Source of the DNA: an uncultured Acetatifactor sp.
Lineage (GTDB): Bacteria; Bacillota; Clostridia; Lachnospirales; Lachnospiraceae
Reading direction: 5' to 3'
Assembly (NCBI GenBank): GCA_910585665.1
Contig: CAJUFI010000001.1
Coordinates: 16,680 to 80,679 of the forward strand
Length of the DNA stretch: 64,000 bases
Shown: piece after piece, positions 1-9,810 of the stretch
Layout: each line of letters starts with the position of its first letter
Position numbering within the stretch: the stretch's first letter is position 1
Translations under genes and position numbers: made by a program
Notes under the pieces: model-generated
What the model was told of the DNA's origin: nothing
Database searches by the model: none
What the model saw: the letters and a program-made list of their open reading frames with translations, nothing else

Positions 1-769
1 GGCCACTGTGATCAGCCAGGCTGTCAGCGCGGTGTGGGTGCTCTGCTTCCTGAGGGGCCGGAAGACTCTGCTGCGGCTGGAGCCCGCCAACATGAAGCTG
101 GAAGCCGCAACCATTCTGCCCTGTCTTGGACTGGGGATTTCCACCTTCGTGATGCTCAGCACCGAAAGCATCCTGAACATCAGTTTCAACAGCAGTCTCT
201 CCCGCTTCGGCGGAGATGTGGCGGTTGGAGCCATGACGATCATCTCCTCCTGCAGCCAACTCGTGACCTTGCCGCTACAGGGAATCTGCCAGGGCGGACA
301 GCCCATCATGAGCTATAATTTCGGCGCGGGCAAAAAAGAACGGGTGAAACAGGCCTTCCGCTGCCAGTTCCTGGCATGCGCAGGCTATTCCACCCTTATG
401 TTCCTTCTGATGATGTTGGTTCCCCAGGTGTTCGCGGGCATTTTCAGCAGCGATTCCTCTCTGGTGGATTATACCGTCTGGTCTATGCGGATCTACATGG
501 CGGGCATCTTCTCCACCGGCGTGCAGATTTCCTGTCAGCAGACCTTCATGGCATTGGGACAGGCGAAAATCAGCCTGTTGATGGCGTGCCTGAGGAAGCT
601 GGTGCTTTTGATCCCTCTGATTTTCATTCTGCCCCATGTCTTCTCCGACCGGGTGTTCGGCGTGTTCATAGCGGAGCCGGTCAGCGACATCCTGGCAGCT
701 GCCGTGACCGCCACCATGCTGTTCACACGTCTGAACAGGATTCTGGACAGAGGGGCGGGGGAAGCCTGA
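1..769 (+). CDS. MATE family efflux transporter (5'-truncated by window edge)
   Basis: Multi-TM protein with MATE-like motifs (QGGQPIMSYNFGA, GVFIAEPVSD); frame is open at the window start. Confidence 0.85.
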   Translation, partial: ATVISQAVSAVWVLCFLRGRKTLLRLEPANMKLEAATILPCLGLGISTFVMLSTESILNISFNSSLSRFGGDVAVGAMTIISSCSQLVTLPLQGICQGGQPIMSYNFGAGKKERVKQAFRCQFLACAGYSTLMFLLMMLVPQVFAGIFSSDSSLVDYTVWSMRIYMAGIFSTGVQISCQQTFMALGQAKISLLMACLRKLVLLIPLIFILPHVFSDRVFGVFIAEPVSDILAAAVTATMLFTRLNRILDRGAGEA

Positions 770-802
770 GCGCTGGCGCACAGGACTCAACGCAACGGTT
801 CC

Positions 803-2089
803 CTAGCGGTTCGCCAGCTCCGTGGTGATTTCCTCCCAGCTGATGTTCTTCTCCGCCATGAGCACCATCATATGGTAGAGGAAATCGCTGATTTCGTACT
901 TGATTTCATTTGCACCCGGGTTCTTGGCGGCGATGACGATTTCCGTGGCTTCCTCTCCCAGCTTCTTCAGAATCTTGTCGATTCCTTTGTCGAACAGGTA
1001 GTTGGTGTAGGATCCCTCCTTGGGATGGATCTTCCTGTCCTGTATGACGCCGAAGACTTCTTCAAAGACCTGCAGCGGATTGGTCTCTTCCTCGTACTCT
1101 TTTTTCAGGATTTCGTTGAAGAAGCAGCTTCTGGCCCCGGTATGGCAGGCGGACCCCACCTGGGAGATCTTCGCCAGGAGGGTGTCCTTGTCGCAGTCCG
1201 CGGTCAGGCTCTTCACATACTGGTAATGGCCGCTGGTCTCACCCTTAAGCCAGAGTTCTCCCCGGCTGCGGCTGAAATACGTCATCCTGCCGGTGCGGAT
1301 GGTCTGTTCATAGGCTTCCTCGTTCATATAGGCCATCATCAGTACTTCGCCGGTGCGGTAATCCTGTGCGATGACAGGCACCAGGCCTTCCGGATTCTTC
1401 TGGAGGTCTTCCCACTGTAAAGCAGCTTCCAATGTCTCCACCAAGATTCCATTCTCCTTGCATAGATTTTTTAAAGTCAGAATATCGCGGTAATTGTCGT
1501 TGATCGTATTGCCGGTGACGCCGCAGACATTCTCGTAGGCAAATATCTCCATCAGCTTGTTCAGCGCGATCTGGTTCACCTGGACGAGGAAAGGCAGCCG
1601 GGTGATCTGCTGGGTCTCCCTGATCTGATGAGGGTTCATCAGGATGAGCCCGGACACATATTTCTCCAGCAGCTCCTGACGGGGGGCAAGCTCCGCCGCA
1701 TGCTCATAGGAGACGAGGATTTTGTCCTTGCCGAACTTCAGAGAGACCTCCTCCGTGATGTCCGCATTGCCTTCCAGCGTATAGTCCAGGACAGCCCGTC
1801 TGCATCCGGCATAGAGCAGCTTCTTCACGTCCTCCATGCGCTTCACATTGCCTGCACCGATGACGTCCATCTCGGCGGCGGCACAGATTTCCTTTATGGT
1901 GTCCAGGGCCTTTTCATGGGCCTCGTCCCCCTGGGACATATCGAAGACAATCAGGGCGTCCGCGTTGTTCTCATTGTACAGATGCACCAGGCGCAGGGGA
2001 TCCGTCTCCACCACGGAGGTATCCGCCAGACGCCTGACCGCATGTCCGTTATATAGATAGATACAGGGCACGAATTTTTTTACAAGCAT
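803..2089 (-). CDS. hisIE: Phosphoribosyl-AMP cyclohydrolase/phosphoribosyl-ATP diphosphatase with N-terminal degenerate HisF/HisA-like barrel
   Basis: HisI motifs ([28 protein letters not shown]) and HisE motifs ([21 protein letters not shown]); GAGG RBS before ATG 2089. Confidence 0.9.
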   Translation of the reverse strand: MLVKKFVPCIYLYNGHAVRRLADTSVVETDPLRLVHLYNENNADALIVFDMSQGDEAHEKALDTIKEICAAAEMDVIGAGNVKRMEDVKKLLYAGCRRAVLDYTLEGNADITEEVSLKFGKDKILVSYEHAAELAPRQELLEKYVSGLILMNPHQIRETQQITRLPFLVQVNQIALNKLMEIFAYENVCGVTGNTINDNYRDILTLKNLCKENGILVETLEAALQWEDLQKNPEGLVPVIAQDYRTGEVLMMAYMNEEAYEQTIRTGRMTYFSRSRGELWLKGETSGHYQYVKSLTADCDKDTLLAKISQVGSACHTGARSCFFNEILKKEYEEETNPLQVFEEVFGVIQDRKIHPKEGSYTNYLFDKGIDKILKKLGEEATEIVIAAKNPGANEIKYEISDFLYHMMVLMAEKNISWEEITTELANR

Positions 2090-2162
2090 AGTATTGACCT
2101 CATTTGTTTGCATTCATACTTATGTTCCTTTGTGTTTCCTTAGGAGCTGTCGGGCCGGGCAG

Positions 2163-2750
2163 CTACAGGCTCCCCTTGGTGCTCAGCACATCCCTCAGGC
2201 GCGGTTCCGCTTCCACGGCCTGATCCAGGGCTTTGGCGAAAGCCTTGAATATGGCTTCTATCAAATGATGGGTATTGCTGCCGGCCATCTGTTTGAGGTG
2301 CAGATTCATTCCCGCGCTGTAGGAGACGGCATAGAAGAACTCCCGCACCAGCTCCGTGTCCAGGCCGCCCACCTGCTGCGCCTGGAACTGACAGTCGAAA
2401 TTCAGGTAGGGTCTGCCGCAGAGATCCACGGCGCACAGCATCAGCACATCGTCCATGGGCAGAATAAAGGCGCCGTATCTGCGGATGCCCTTCTTGTCCC
2501 CCGCCGCTTTGGCGATGGCCTGCCCCAGCACGATGCCGGTGTCCTCCACGGTATGGTGCCCGTCCACATGCAGATCGCCCTCCACACGGCATTTCAGGTC
2601 AAAAAAGCCGTGCCTGGAAAAGCCCTCCAGCATATGGTCGAAGAAACCGATCCCCGTGGAGATTTCGGACAACCCTGTGCCGTCCAGGTTCAATGAAATG
2701 GAGATATCCGTCTCCTTTGTCTTCCGTTCAATCTGAGCCGTCCTGATCAT
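2163..2750 (-). CDS. hisB: Imidazoleglycerol-phosphate dehydratase
   Basis: RKTKETDI, GFFDHML, DGHHTVED, NTHHLIEAIFKAF, STKG; GGAGG RBS. Confidence 0.96.
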   Translation of the reverse strand: MIRTAQIERKTKETDISISLNLDGTGLSEISTGIGFFDHMLEGFSRHGFFDLKCRVEGDLHVDGHHTVEDTGIVLGQAIAKAAGDKKGIRRYGAFILPMDDVLMLCAVDLCGRPYLNFDCQFQAQQVGGLDTELVREFFYAVSYSAGMNLHLKQMAGSNTHHLIEAIFKAFAKALDQAVEAEPRLRDVLSTKGSL

Positions 2751-2771
2751 GAGTCCTCCCTTCCTGGCCCA

Positions 2772-2879
2772 CTGCTGCCGTTCGGTCATCTTTCTGCGTC
2801 ATTGCCGTTTAGTCATCCTTCTGCGCTGCTGCCGTTCGGTCATCCTTCTGCGCTGCTGCCGTTCATGCATTCTTCCGGC
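2772..2879. repeat. Four tandem ~27-bp repeats (consensus CTGCTGCCGTTCGGTCATCCTTCTGCG)
   Basis: Units start at 2772, 2799, 2826 and 2853 in the hisD-hisB spacer. Confidence 0.85.
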
Positions 2880-2925
2880 GATGTCTTTCTGCTCGCGAAA
2901 CGTTCCGCATTCCATCGGCGGCGTA

Positions 2926-3027
2926 AGGAAGTGTCTACAAATAACCGCTACAAGCTTGCAGCAATTTTTATTGTATTTCCGGGCTTTTACCTAAACAAAT
3001 TGTAGCGGTTATTTTCCGCCAGTTACT
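2926..3027 (+). repeat. Palindromic intergenic element, copy A (MITE/REP-like)
   Basis: AGGAAGTGTCTACAAATAACCGCTACAA...TTGTAGCGGTTATT; aligns with 58821-58930 (-) and 18779-18818 (-). Confidence 0.8.
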
Positions 3028-3040
3028 AAGCATACGGAAA

Positions 3041-4336
3041 TCAATCCTCCGGAAACCGCACCCGGATGCTGTTCGCATGGGCCGTCAGTCCTTCGCTCTC
3101 GGCAAAGGTCTCGATATCCCTATGTACTTTTCCCAACGCTTCCCTGGAATATGAGATGATGCTGGTCTTTTTCATAAAATCGTCCACATTCAAAGGCGAG
3201 AAGAACTTCGCCGTGCCATTAGTGGGCAGAATGTGGTTCGGCCCGGCGAAGTAGTCCCCCAGCGGCTCCGAGGAATACTCTCCCAGGAAAATGGCCCCCG
3301 CATTCCGGATTTTCGTCATCACCTCAAAGGGATTGGCCGTGAGAATCTCCAGGTGCTCAGAAGCAATCTCGTTGGCGGCGTCCACGGCTTCCTCCATGCT
3401 GTCCGCCAACAGGATATACCCATAATTGTCCAGGGACTTTTGGATGATATCTTTTCTGGAGAGCTCCCGGGTAAAGGCATCCGCCTGTTCGGAGACCTGC
3501 CTGGCCAGTTCCTGTGAGGTGGTGATCAGGATGGCGCTGGCCAGCTCATCGTGCTCTGCCTGGGAAAGCAGATCGGCGGCCACGTACTTCGGATTGGCCG
3601 TCCCGTCCGCCAGCACCAGGATTTCGCTGGGGCCTGCGATGGAATCGATGCCCACATAGCCGTACACGGCCTTTTTGGCCAGAGCCACGAAGATATTGCC
3701 GGGGCCGGTGAGCTTGTCCACCTTGGGGACAGAACGGGTGCCGAAGGCCATGGCCCCCACGGCCTGGGCCCCGCCCGCTTTATAGATGGCGTCCACCCCC
3801 GCGATATCCGCCGCGGCCAAAGTGCCGGGATGCACCTTCCCGTCCGGGCCGGGTGGCGTGGTCATGATGATTTCCCCTACGCCCGCCACCTTCGCTGGAA
3901 TCACGTTCATCAGCACGCTGGAGGGATAGGCCGCCTTGCCGCCGGGCACGTAGACGCCGGCCCTTCCGATGGGCGTCATCTTCATCCCCAGGATAGTGCC
4001 GTCCTCCTTGGCGTCGAACCAGCTGCTGCGGAGCTGCTTTTTGTGGAAAGCCCGGATGTTGTCGGCAGAGCGTCTGATGATATCCAACAGGCCGTCATCC
4101 AACAGGCCGTAGGCTTCCTCAATCTCCGCTCTGGTCACCCGGATGTTGTCCTCGTTCAGGGCGAAGCGGTCGAATTTCAGCGTGTATTCGAACAATGCCT
4201 GGTCGCCCCTTTCCCGGACGTCCGCCAGGATGTCGTTGACCGTGCTCTCATATTCAGAATAATTGTTAGGGCTCCTTTTCAACAAGTCATTCAGGATATT
4301 CTCTTTGGTCTCTTTTGTCAGTTTGACGATTCTCAT
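3041..4336 (-). CDS. hisD: Histidinol dehydrogenase
   Basis: GVYVPGG, YPSSVLM, GPGNIFV, AGPSE, QAEHD, EHLE, GPNHILPT; ATG overlaps the hisG stop. Confidence 0.97.
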   Translation of the reverse strand: MRIVKLTKETKENILNDLLKRSPNNYSEYESTVNDILADVRERGDQALFEYTLKFDRFALNEDNIRVTRAEIEEAYGLLDDGLLDIIRRSADNIRAFHKKQLRSSWFDAKEDGTILGMKMTPIGRAGVYVPGGKAAYPSSVLMNVIPAKVAGVGEIIMTTPPGPDGKVHPGTLAAADIAGVDAIYKAGGAQAVGAMAFGTRSVPKVDKLTGPGNIFVALAKKAVYGYVGIDSIAGPSEILVLADGTANPKYVAADLLSQAEHDELASAILITTSQELARQVSEQADAFTRELSRKDIIQKSLDNYGYILLADSMEEAVDAANEIASEHLEILTANPFEVMTKIRNAGAIFLGEYSSEPLGDYFAGPNHILPTNGTAKFFSPLNVDDFMKKTSIISYSREALGKVHRDIETFAESEGLTAHANSIRVRFPED

Positions 4337-4995
4337 GCCTGCCTCCCGCTGCTCAGCTTCTTTCTCAACCCCAGTACCAGCTCCTGGATCCGCGCCTGTT
4401 CCATCTGCATGCTCACAGGATTGACGATCATCCTGGCAGATAGCGCGCACACTTCTTCCAACACTTCCAGCCCGTTCTCCTTTAAGGTGGAACCGGTCTC
4501 CACGATGTCCACGATGACCTCGGACAGCCCCACCAGCGGCCCCAGCTCCACGGAGCCGTTCAGCTTGATGATGTCCACGGTCTGATGCTTTTTATTATAG
4601 AAATAGTCCTTTGCGATGTTCGGGTACTTGCTGGCCACCCGGATGCGCTCGTGGTGCAGCAGAAGCTCCCTGGCGGATTCCGGCCCGCAGACGCACATCC
4701 GGCATTTGCCGAAGCCCAGGTCCAGCACCTCGTACACGTTCCGGTTCTCCTCCAGCACCTCGTCCCGTCCGACTACGCCTATGTCTGCGGCTCCGTACTC
4801 CACGTAGGTGGGCACGTCAGGCCCTTTTGCCAGGAAGAATTTCAGCTTCCAATCCTCGTTCACGAAAATGAGCTTCCGGGTACTCTTGTCCTTCATCTCT
4901 TCACAGGAGATGCCCATCTCCTCGAACAGCTCCAGGGTCTGGTTCGCAAGCCTGCCCTTGGTCAGCGCAAAGGTCAGATATCTGTCTTCATTCAT
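4333..4995 (-). CDS. hisG: ATP phosphoribosyltransferase, short form
   Basis: ALTKGR, DVPTYVEYGAADIG, ASKYP, GSVELGP, DIVETGSTL; adjacent to hisZ. Confidence 0.96.
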   Translation of the reverse strand: MNEDRYLTFALTKGRLANQTLELFEEMGISCEEMKDKSTRKLIFVNEDWKLKFFLAKGPDVPTYVEYGAADIGVVGRDEVLEENRNVYEVLDLGFGKCRMCVCGPESARELLLHHERIRVASKYPNIAKDYFYNKKHQTVDIIKLNGSVELGPLVGLSEVIVDIVETGSTLKENGLEVLEEVCALSARMIVNPVSMQMEQARIQELVLGLRKKLSSGRQA

Positions 4996-6154
4996 GCCCG
5001 ATTCCTCCCTCCTGGCAGCAGTCCTCCGGGGCACAGCAGCCGCTTCCGGCCGGCACCAGCGCTGCCGCTATCCCCTGGCTCCGCAGTCTCTGCGCTTCCG
5101 CAAGCTTTTCAGGGAAGTCCTCGCGGCTGTAGGAAATCCTGCGTATCTCCCCGGCATCCGGCATCGCCACGCCCTGCCTGGAAAGCGCTTCCAGGATGCT
5201 GTCCACCACCATGACAAAGCCCACCGCCGGGGCATCCTTCCCGAATTGCTCCAGCAGCCTGTCATATCTGCCGCCTTTCACGACGGCGTCTCCCACCCCG
5301 TAGGTGTAGGCCTTGAAAATCATTCCTGTGTAATAGCGATACTTGCTCAGCATCCCCAGGTCAAAGGACACATACGCTTCCACGCCGTACTGCCGCAAAA
5401 GGGAATGCAGTTTTTCCAGCCTGTCGATGGCCCCCAGGGAACGGGCATTGTCCGCCATGGCCCGGGCCCCGGCCAGAGAATCCATGCCGCCGAACATGTC
5501 TGCCACTTTCAGGAGCCTGCTCTGATAAGGCTCCGCTACCTTTCGCTCCGTCAGGAGATCCTGGGCCCCGAAGTAGTTCTTCCCTGAGATGAACGCCCGG
5601 AGATCCAGTTCCGTCTCTTCGTCCAGCCCCGCTTCCTCGCAGAGCCCTTTGAAATATTCCACATCGCCGATGGCTACCTGGAAGCGTTTCAGGCCTGTGT
5701 TCAACAGGGATTGAATCACCAGGCTGATGATCTCCGCGTCCGCTTCCACGGAGGGGTCGCCTATCAGTTCCGCCCCCATCTGGGTCACTTCCTTCAGTTT
5801 CCCCTGGAGATTGGAAGTGTTGGTGAAAGTGTTGCCGATGTAGCTGAAACGCAGGGATAGCCGCTCCTCGCAGAAATATTTGGCGGCGCAGCGGGCGATG
5901 GACGGCGTAAAGTCCGGGCGCAGCACCAAAGTGTTCCCCTCCTTGTCAAAAAATTTGTACAGTTCCTTGCTGGGGGTGGTTCCGATTTCCCGGGAGAACA
6001 CGTCGAAAAATTCGAAGGTTGGCGTCTGGATGTCCTCGTATCCGTACAGACGGATGCATTCTCTCAGCTGTCTCTCCACATGGAGCTTTCCGGCGTATTC
6101 CTTTCCGTATATGTCCCGGACTCCCTCCGGTGTATGCAACAGTTTCTGGCTCAT
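4988..6154 (-). CDS. hisZ: ATP phosphoribosyltransferase regulatory subunit
   Basis: HisRS-like: PEGVRD, LRPDFT, QMGAELIG, YYTG, GGRYD; GGAGG RBS. Confidence 0.95.
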   Translation of the reverse strand: MSQKLLHTPEGVRDIYGKEYAGKLHVERQLRECIRLYGYEDIQTPTFEFFDVFSREIGTTPSKELYKFFDKEGNTLVLRPDFTPSIARCAAKYFCEERLSLRFSYIGNTFTNTSNLQGKLKEVTQMGAELIGDPSVEADAEIISLVIQSLLNTGLKRFQVAIGDVEYFKGLCEEAGLDEETELDLRAFISGKNYFGAQDLLTERKVAEPYQSRLLKVADMFGGMDSLAGARAMADNARSLGAIDRLEKLHSLLRQYGVEAYVSFDLGMLSKYRYYTGMIFKAYTYGVGDAVVKGGRYDRLLEQFGKDAPAVGFVMVVDSILEALSRQGVAMPDAGEIRRISYSREDFPEKLAEAQRLRSQGIAAALVPAGSGCCAPEDCCQEGGIGHE

Positions 6155-6323
6155 ATCATCCTCCATGTGTCTGCTTTTGCTGTTTGGGTTCACCATGCGC
6201 CGCCGTTGACTGGCTCGGTCATTTTTTCTCTAATCAGGCAAACGGCAGGCGGAATATCGACTTGCGCGGTCATTGTCCGCGGCGCCGTTGACCGAAACGG
6301 TAAGCGAAACAGCGAACACCATT

Positions 6324-6359
6324 CACTTCATTGCGGTAACGTGTCAGCGCGGTAGCATG
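6324..6359. promoter_or_regulatory. Putative tandem HisR-type operator
   Basis: CACTTCA-N6-TAACGTG (6324-6343) is two mismatches from the CACTTTA-N6-TAAAGTG palindrome; a weaker overlapping box follows 16 bp along; lies in the his 5' leader. Confidence 0.6.
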
Positions 6360-6387
6360 ATATCAAATTGATGAAACATATTTTTAT

Positions 6388-6416
6388 AGTATAGCGAAAG
6401 ATGCCCCCACTGTCAA
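6388..6416 (-). promoter_or_regulatory. Sigma-A promoter of his operon
   Basis: TTGACA-17 bp-TATACT; the -35 overlaps the recU stop codon. Confidence 0.8.
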
Positions 6417-6946
6417 GCCCTGTCCTCCAAGTCCTTCTGCAGGGCGTCCAGGTATGGCACCAGGATGCCATGCTTACGGGGCAGGACGTATTCCGGGTTC
6501 AGCTCCTCATAGCGGAAGCTTTTCCTGCCGCCCTCTTTGGCGCGGTTCCAGAAAAAGAGCAGCATCTGCAGGGGCAGATAGTACAGGATATCCTTGTGGG
6601 TATAGTATATCAGGAAAAAGGATATGCCCCCCTGCTGCTCGAACTTCTCCATGAACGCCACCTGGTGCTCATGGATGTTCTGCAGCGCAAACGTATCCGC
6701 CGCGCACTCCTTTGCGTCAAAGCACACGGGAAGCCCCTGGACGGCGCCTATGTAGTCGACGGTGCTCTTCTGCTCAAAATAGGCAAGGGTAATCTGTCGA
6801 TTCTCTTTGTCTATCTTGAGGGGCGTGATGGGGGTGGGAATCTTTTGGATCAGGGCAAGGCCCGCATCGGCGTATCTTTCGTTTGTCCTGTTGATCATGT
6901 CTTCCAGCGTGGAGCCGCGCAGGCCCCGGGAATTCCATGTGGCCAT
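6413..6946 (-). CDS. recU: Holliday junction resolvase RecU
   Basis: RGSTLEDMIN, QKIPTPI, STVDY, FDAKE, HEHQ. Confidence 0.94.
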   Translation of the reverse strand: MATWNSRGLRGSTLEDMINRTNERYADAGLALIQKIPTPITPLKIDKENRQITLAYFEQKSTVDYIGAVQGLPVCFDAKECAADTFALQNIHEHQVAFMEKFEQQGGISFFLIYYTHKDILYYLPLQMLLFFWNRAKEGGRKSFRYEELNPEYVLPRKHGILVPYLDALQKDLEDRA

Positions 6947-6987
6947 ACATAGTTTCCTCTTTTCCTTCCTGATGGCTGTTCTGCTTC

Positions 6988-8223
6988 CTATCCCGTACCT
7001 TTTCTGCCGGTGGGGAACAGGGCTTCCTCCAATTCACGGAACTGCTCCGGACAGGGGGCTTCGATGCTTCTGCCGCTCAGCCGTGCCCCGGGGCCGGAGG
7101 TTATCTCCGGAAACGTGACTCTGCCGGCATGGAGCAGATGATGTTCCAGGCCATATTTCTTCCTCAACATGCGGTTGACAGCTTCCAAGCCATATTTGTA
7201 ATCTCCTGTCAGGGGATGGCCGATGCTGGCGAGATGGGCGCGAATCTGGTGGCTTTTTCCGGTGATTAGTTCCACTTCCAACAGCGTGTAGGCATCTGTG
7301 ACGGCAATCGGCGCATAGACCGTGCATATGGGAGAGGCCTTTCCGCTGCGCGGTGCCGCCTGGGGTTCCTGAACTTTGGCTGTTCTCCGGCCCTTTGACT
7401 GCCGCTCTTCCCCCGCCAGGACATTGCCCGCCGTCACAATGACCCGGTTCTGTGCGCTGTCCTTCACGAGATGCCCCTCTATGCTTGCCGCTTCCCGCAG
7501 CGCCCCCACGCAGATCGTCCGATAGAATTTCCGCACGCTGCGCTCTCTGACGCACTGGCTGAAGAACTGGAGGCCGGGAAAGCTTTTTCCACAGAGCACG
7601 ATTCCACTGGTATTCCTGTCCAAGCGATTGCAGACAGAGGGGCGGAACAGGGGCAGTTCCTCCGCCAGCGCCGGATTCTGATGCAGCAGGTATCCAATCA
7701 TCCACTCATTCAGGCTCAGGTCTCCCGCCGCGGCTTTCTGCGTTAGGATTCCGGAGGGCTTGTCCAGTATCAGGAAGTCGCTGTCCTCATACAGAACGGT
7801 GATACCGCGCAGCTTTTTGTAGGCAGCTTCATATTCTTTCACCAGGTTTTCTTTCGCTGGATTTTCATTCAACGCTTTCACCGGCTTCTGACCTCTTGCG
7901 TGGATGTCCCGTTCCCCGCTGTTCCGCACGTCTCCGGCAGAGGCGCTTGTCTTCCCGCTCTTTTGAGGAGAGACGTCTTCCGCATAACCCTTCGGCGCTT
8001 CCCTGCCCGAGAACTTAGCGAAAGTCTCCTCCGAGAAAAATGTGCACACCTGGTCGCCCGGCTGGAGGATTTCATTTCCTTCCGCCTTTCTGCCGTTCAG
8101 GGTGATGTTCTTTTTCCGTAACATTTTATACAGAAAACCGTTTCCCGCAAGCGGCAGATATTTATGCAAAAATTTGTCCAGCCGCTGCCCGGCCTGATTT
8201 GTTCCGATTCTTACCGACTGCAT
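6988..8223 (-). CDS. RluA/RluC family pseudouridine synthase
   Basis: S4 domain QRLDKFL, NRLDRNTSG, TGKSHQIRAHL, HPLTGDYKYG, LHA. Confidence 0.92.
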   Translation of the reverse strand: MQSVRIGTNQAGQRLDKFLHKYLPLAGNGFLYKMLRKKNITLNGRKAEGNEILQPGDQVCTFFSEETFAKFSGREAPKGYAEDVSPQKSGKTSASAGDVRNSGERDIHARGQKPVKALNENPAKENLVKEYEAAYKKLRGITVLYEDSDFLILDKPSGILTQKAAAGDLSLNEWMIGYLLHQNPALAEELPLFRPSVCNRLDRNTSGIVLCGKSFPGLQFFSQCVRERSVRKFYRTICVGALREAASIEGHLVKDSAQNRVIVTAGNVLAGEERQSKGRRTAKVQEPQAAPRSGKASPICTVYAPIAVTDAYTLLEVELITGKSHQIRAHLASIGHPLTGDYKYGLEAVNRMLRKKYGLEHHLLHAGRVTFPEITSGPGARLSGRSIEAPCPEQFRELEEALFPTGRKGTG

Positions 8224-8274
8224 ACAGGCTTCCTTTCCGGAAATCCACTGTCTTTCCATGTGCTTCTGCTGTTT

Positions 8275-8862
8275 TTACAGCGCCACGCTCTTTAATGTAG
8301 CGATCACAGCCCTGGTCACCGTCTCGTCCGGCTCCAGCTGCCGCATCTGCTCCAGGCGCTCGGCATATTTCTCCAGGTTCGTGAACACCTTCACCGTTAC
8401 GGTCTTGTGTCCGTCCATCTTCAGGATGTTCCCGATGTGCCTGTAGAACTCATTTTCCAGAAACTGCCCGCCCCCGTCCGAAAAGCCGCACACCGTATTG
8501 CCCCGGACCGCCAGGTGGCTGACCACGAAGTTCTTCTTATAGGAAGTGAACACCATATCGTACAGGCAGTCCAGCCCCTGGGCGTGCTGCTCCACCTCCT
8601 GGGCAGGCTGCCCGCCGAAGCTTTTGAACCGCAGGAACATGATCATTCCCACTGCGCTCTTGCTGGCCGGGAGGCACCCCAGGATGGCCACGATGCTCAA
8701 CAGATTCGCCCGCTCCTTGGTCTGGACATAGCCCGCTATGAACAGCGAGACGGATATGCCGAAATAGACCACTGTGCGGAGAATCTCATACTTTTTCTGG
8801 GAGTCCAGGTACCCTTTCGTCCCCTTGACGCCGTCTGTGGAGAACATACGTTTTAACTGCAT
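8275..8862 (-). CDS. Hypothetical membrane protein
   Basis: 195-aa ORF with two N-terminal hydrophobic segments, AAAGGA RBS, tight operon packing. Confidence 0.75.
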   Translation of the reverse strand: MQLKRMFSTDGVKGTKGYLDSQKKYEILRTVVYFGISVSLFIAGYVQTKERANLLSIVAILGCLPASKSAVGMIMFLRFKSFGGQPAQEVEQHAQGLDCLYDMVFTSYKKNFVVSHLAVRGNTVCGFSDGGGQFLENEFYRHIGNILKMDGHKTVTVKVFTNLEKYAERLEQMRQLEPDETVTRAVIATLKSVAL

Positions 8863-8866
8863 GGAT

Positions 8867-9649
8867 TTACAGTCCTTTCTTCTCTTTCTTCTTCATCCGT
8901 TTCGTCGCCTGCAGGATAAGGCTGTGGGGCACCGCCTTGGACAGCGCATGGAATGCCTTTATGGGCAGGCTGCAAACGGACATGGGACGCTTATGGTAGG
9001 AATCTTTCAATGCCTGTGCCACCACCCTGTCCGCCGTCACCATGGTATATTTCTTCACGGCCAGCGTAGATCCCGTTGCCTCCGCGATGTCGAAAAACGG
9101 CGTGTCCACCGGCCCGGGGCAGACACTGGTGACATAGATGCCCGCATTCTTCAGCTCTTCCCCCAGCGCCCTGGAAAAACTCAGCACGTAGGATTTCGTG
9201 GCCGCATACACGGAAAAGCCCGGCTGGGGCAGAAAGGCCGCGCTGGAGGCCAGCTGGATGATACGGCTGCCCCACCTCATATAGGGAATCATCCGGTGGG
9301 TCAGGTCTGTCAGGGCCTCGCAGTTCAAATGGATCATGCCGAGCTCCAGATCCGCGTCCTGCTCGCAGAAGCTGCCCATGATTCCGTACCCGGCACAGTT
9401 GATCAGCATCCGCACCGCCGCATCGTGCAGAAAAGCCGCCTTCTCCAGGGTATCCAGAGACGATTTCTTTGTGATGTCCAGGGCAAAGATACGGGTCCTG
9501 TGCTGCAGGGACCTGCCAAGCTCCGCCAGCCGCTTTCCGTTTCTTGCCACCAGCCAGAATTCGTCAATCTTTGGGAAATGGCTGTCCATCTGTAGGGCGA
9601 ACTCCCGGCCGATGCCCGAGGAGGCCCCTGTGATAATCACGATATTCAT
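8867..9649 (-). CDS. SDR family oxidoreductase
   Basis: TGASSGIG, NCAG, YAATK. Confidence 0.93.
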   Translation of the reverse strand: MNIVIITGASSGIGREFALQMDSHFPKIDEFWLVARNGKRLAELGRSLQHRTRIFALDITKKSSLDTLEKAAFLHDAAVRMLINCAGYGIMGSFCEQDADLELGMIHLNCEALTDLTHRMIPYMRWGSRIIQLASSAAFLPQPGFSVYAATKSYVLSFSRALGEELKNAGIYVTSVCPGPVDTPFFDIAEATGSTLAVKKYTMVTADRVVAQALKDSYHKRPMSVCSLPIKAFHALSKAVPHSLILQATKRMKKKEKKGL

Positions 9650-9810
9650 ATTATCCTACCCTTTCTTTGCGATATCTTCTCGTCTTCCCGGAAGCTCCAG
9701 ACCGCATTCACGCTGCTTGCTTTCTGGGACTCCTTGGGGCCGGTCCTCCCCGCTTTTCCGGTACCGTTCAGCCGCAATGCCTGATTCTGCCTAGTACCCC
9801 GAAGATTTAC

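Noticed and set aside
6155..6380. His leader peptide or T-box attenuator
   Set aside because: No His-codon run, T-box motif or terminator seen
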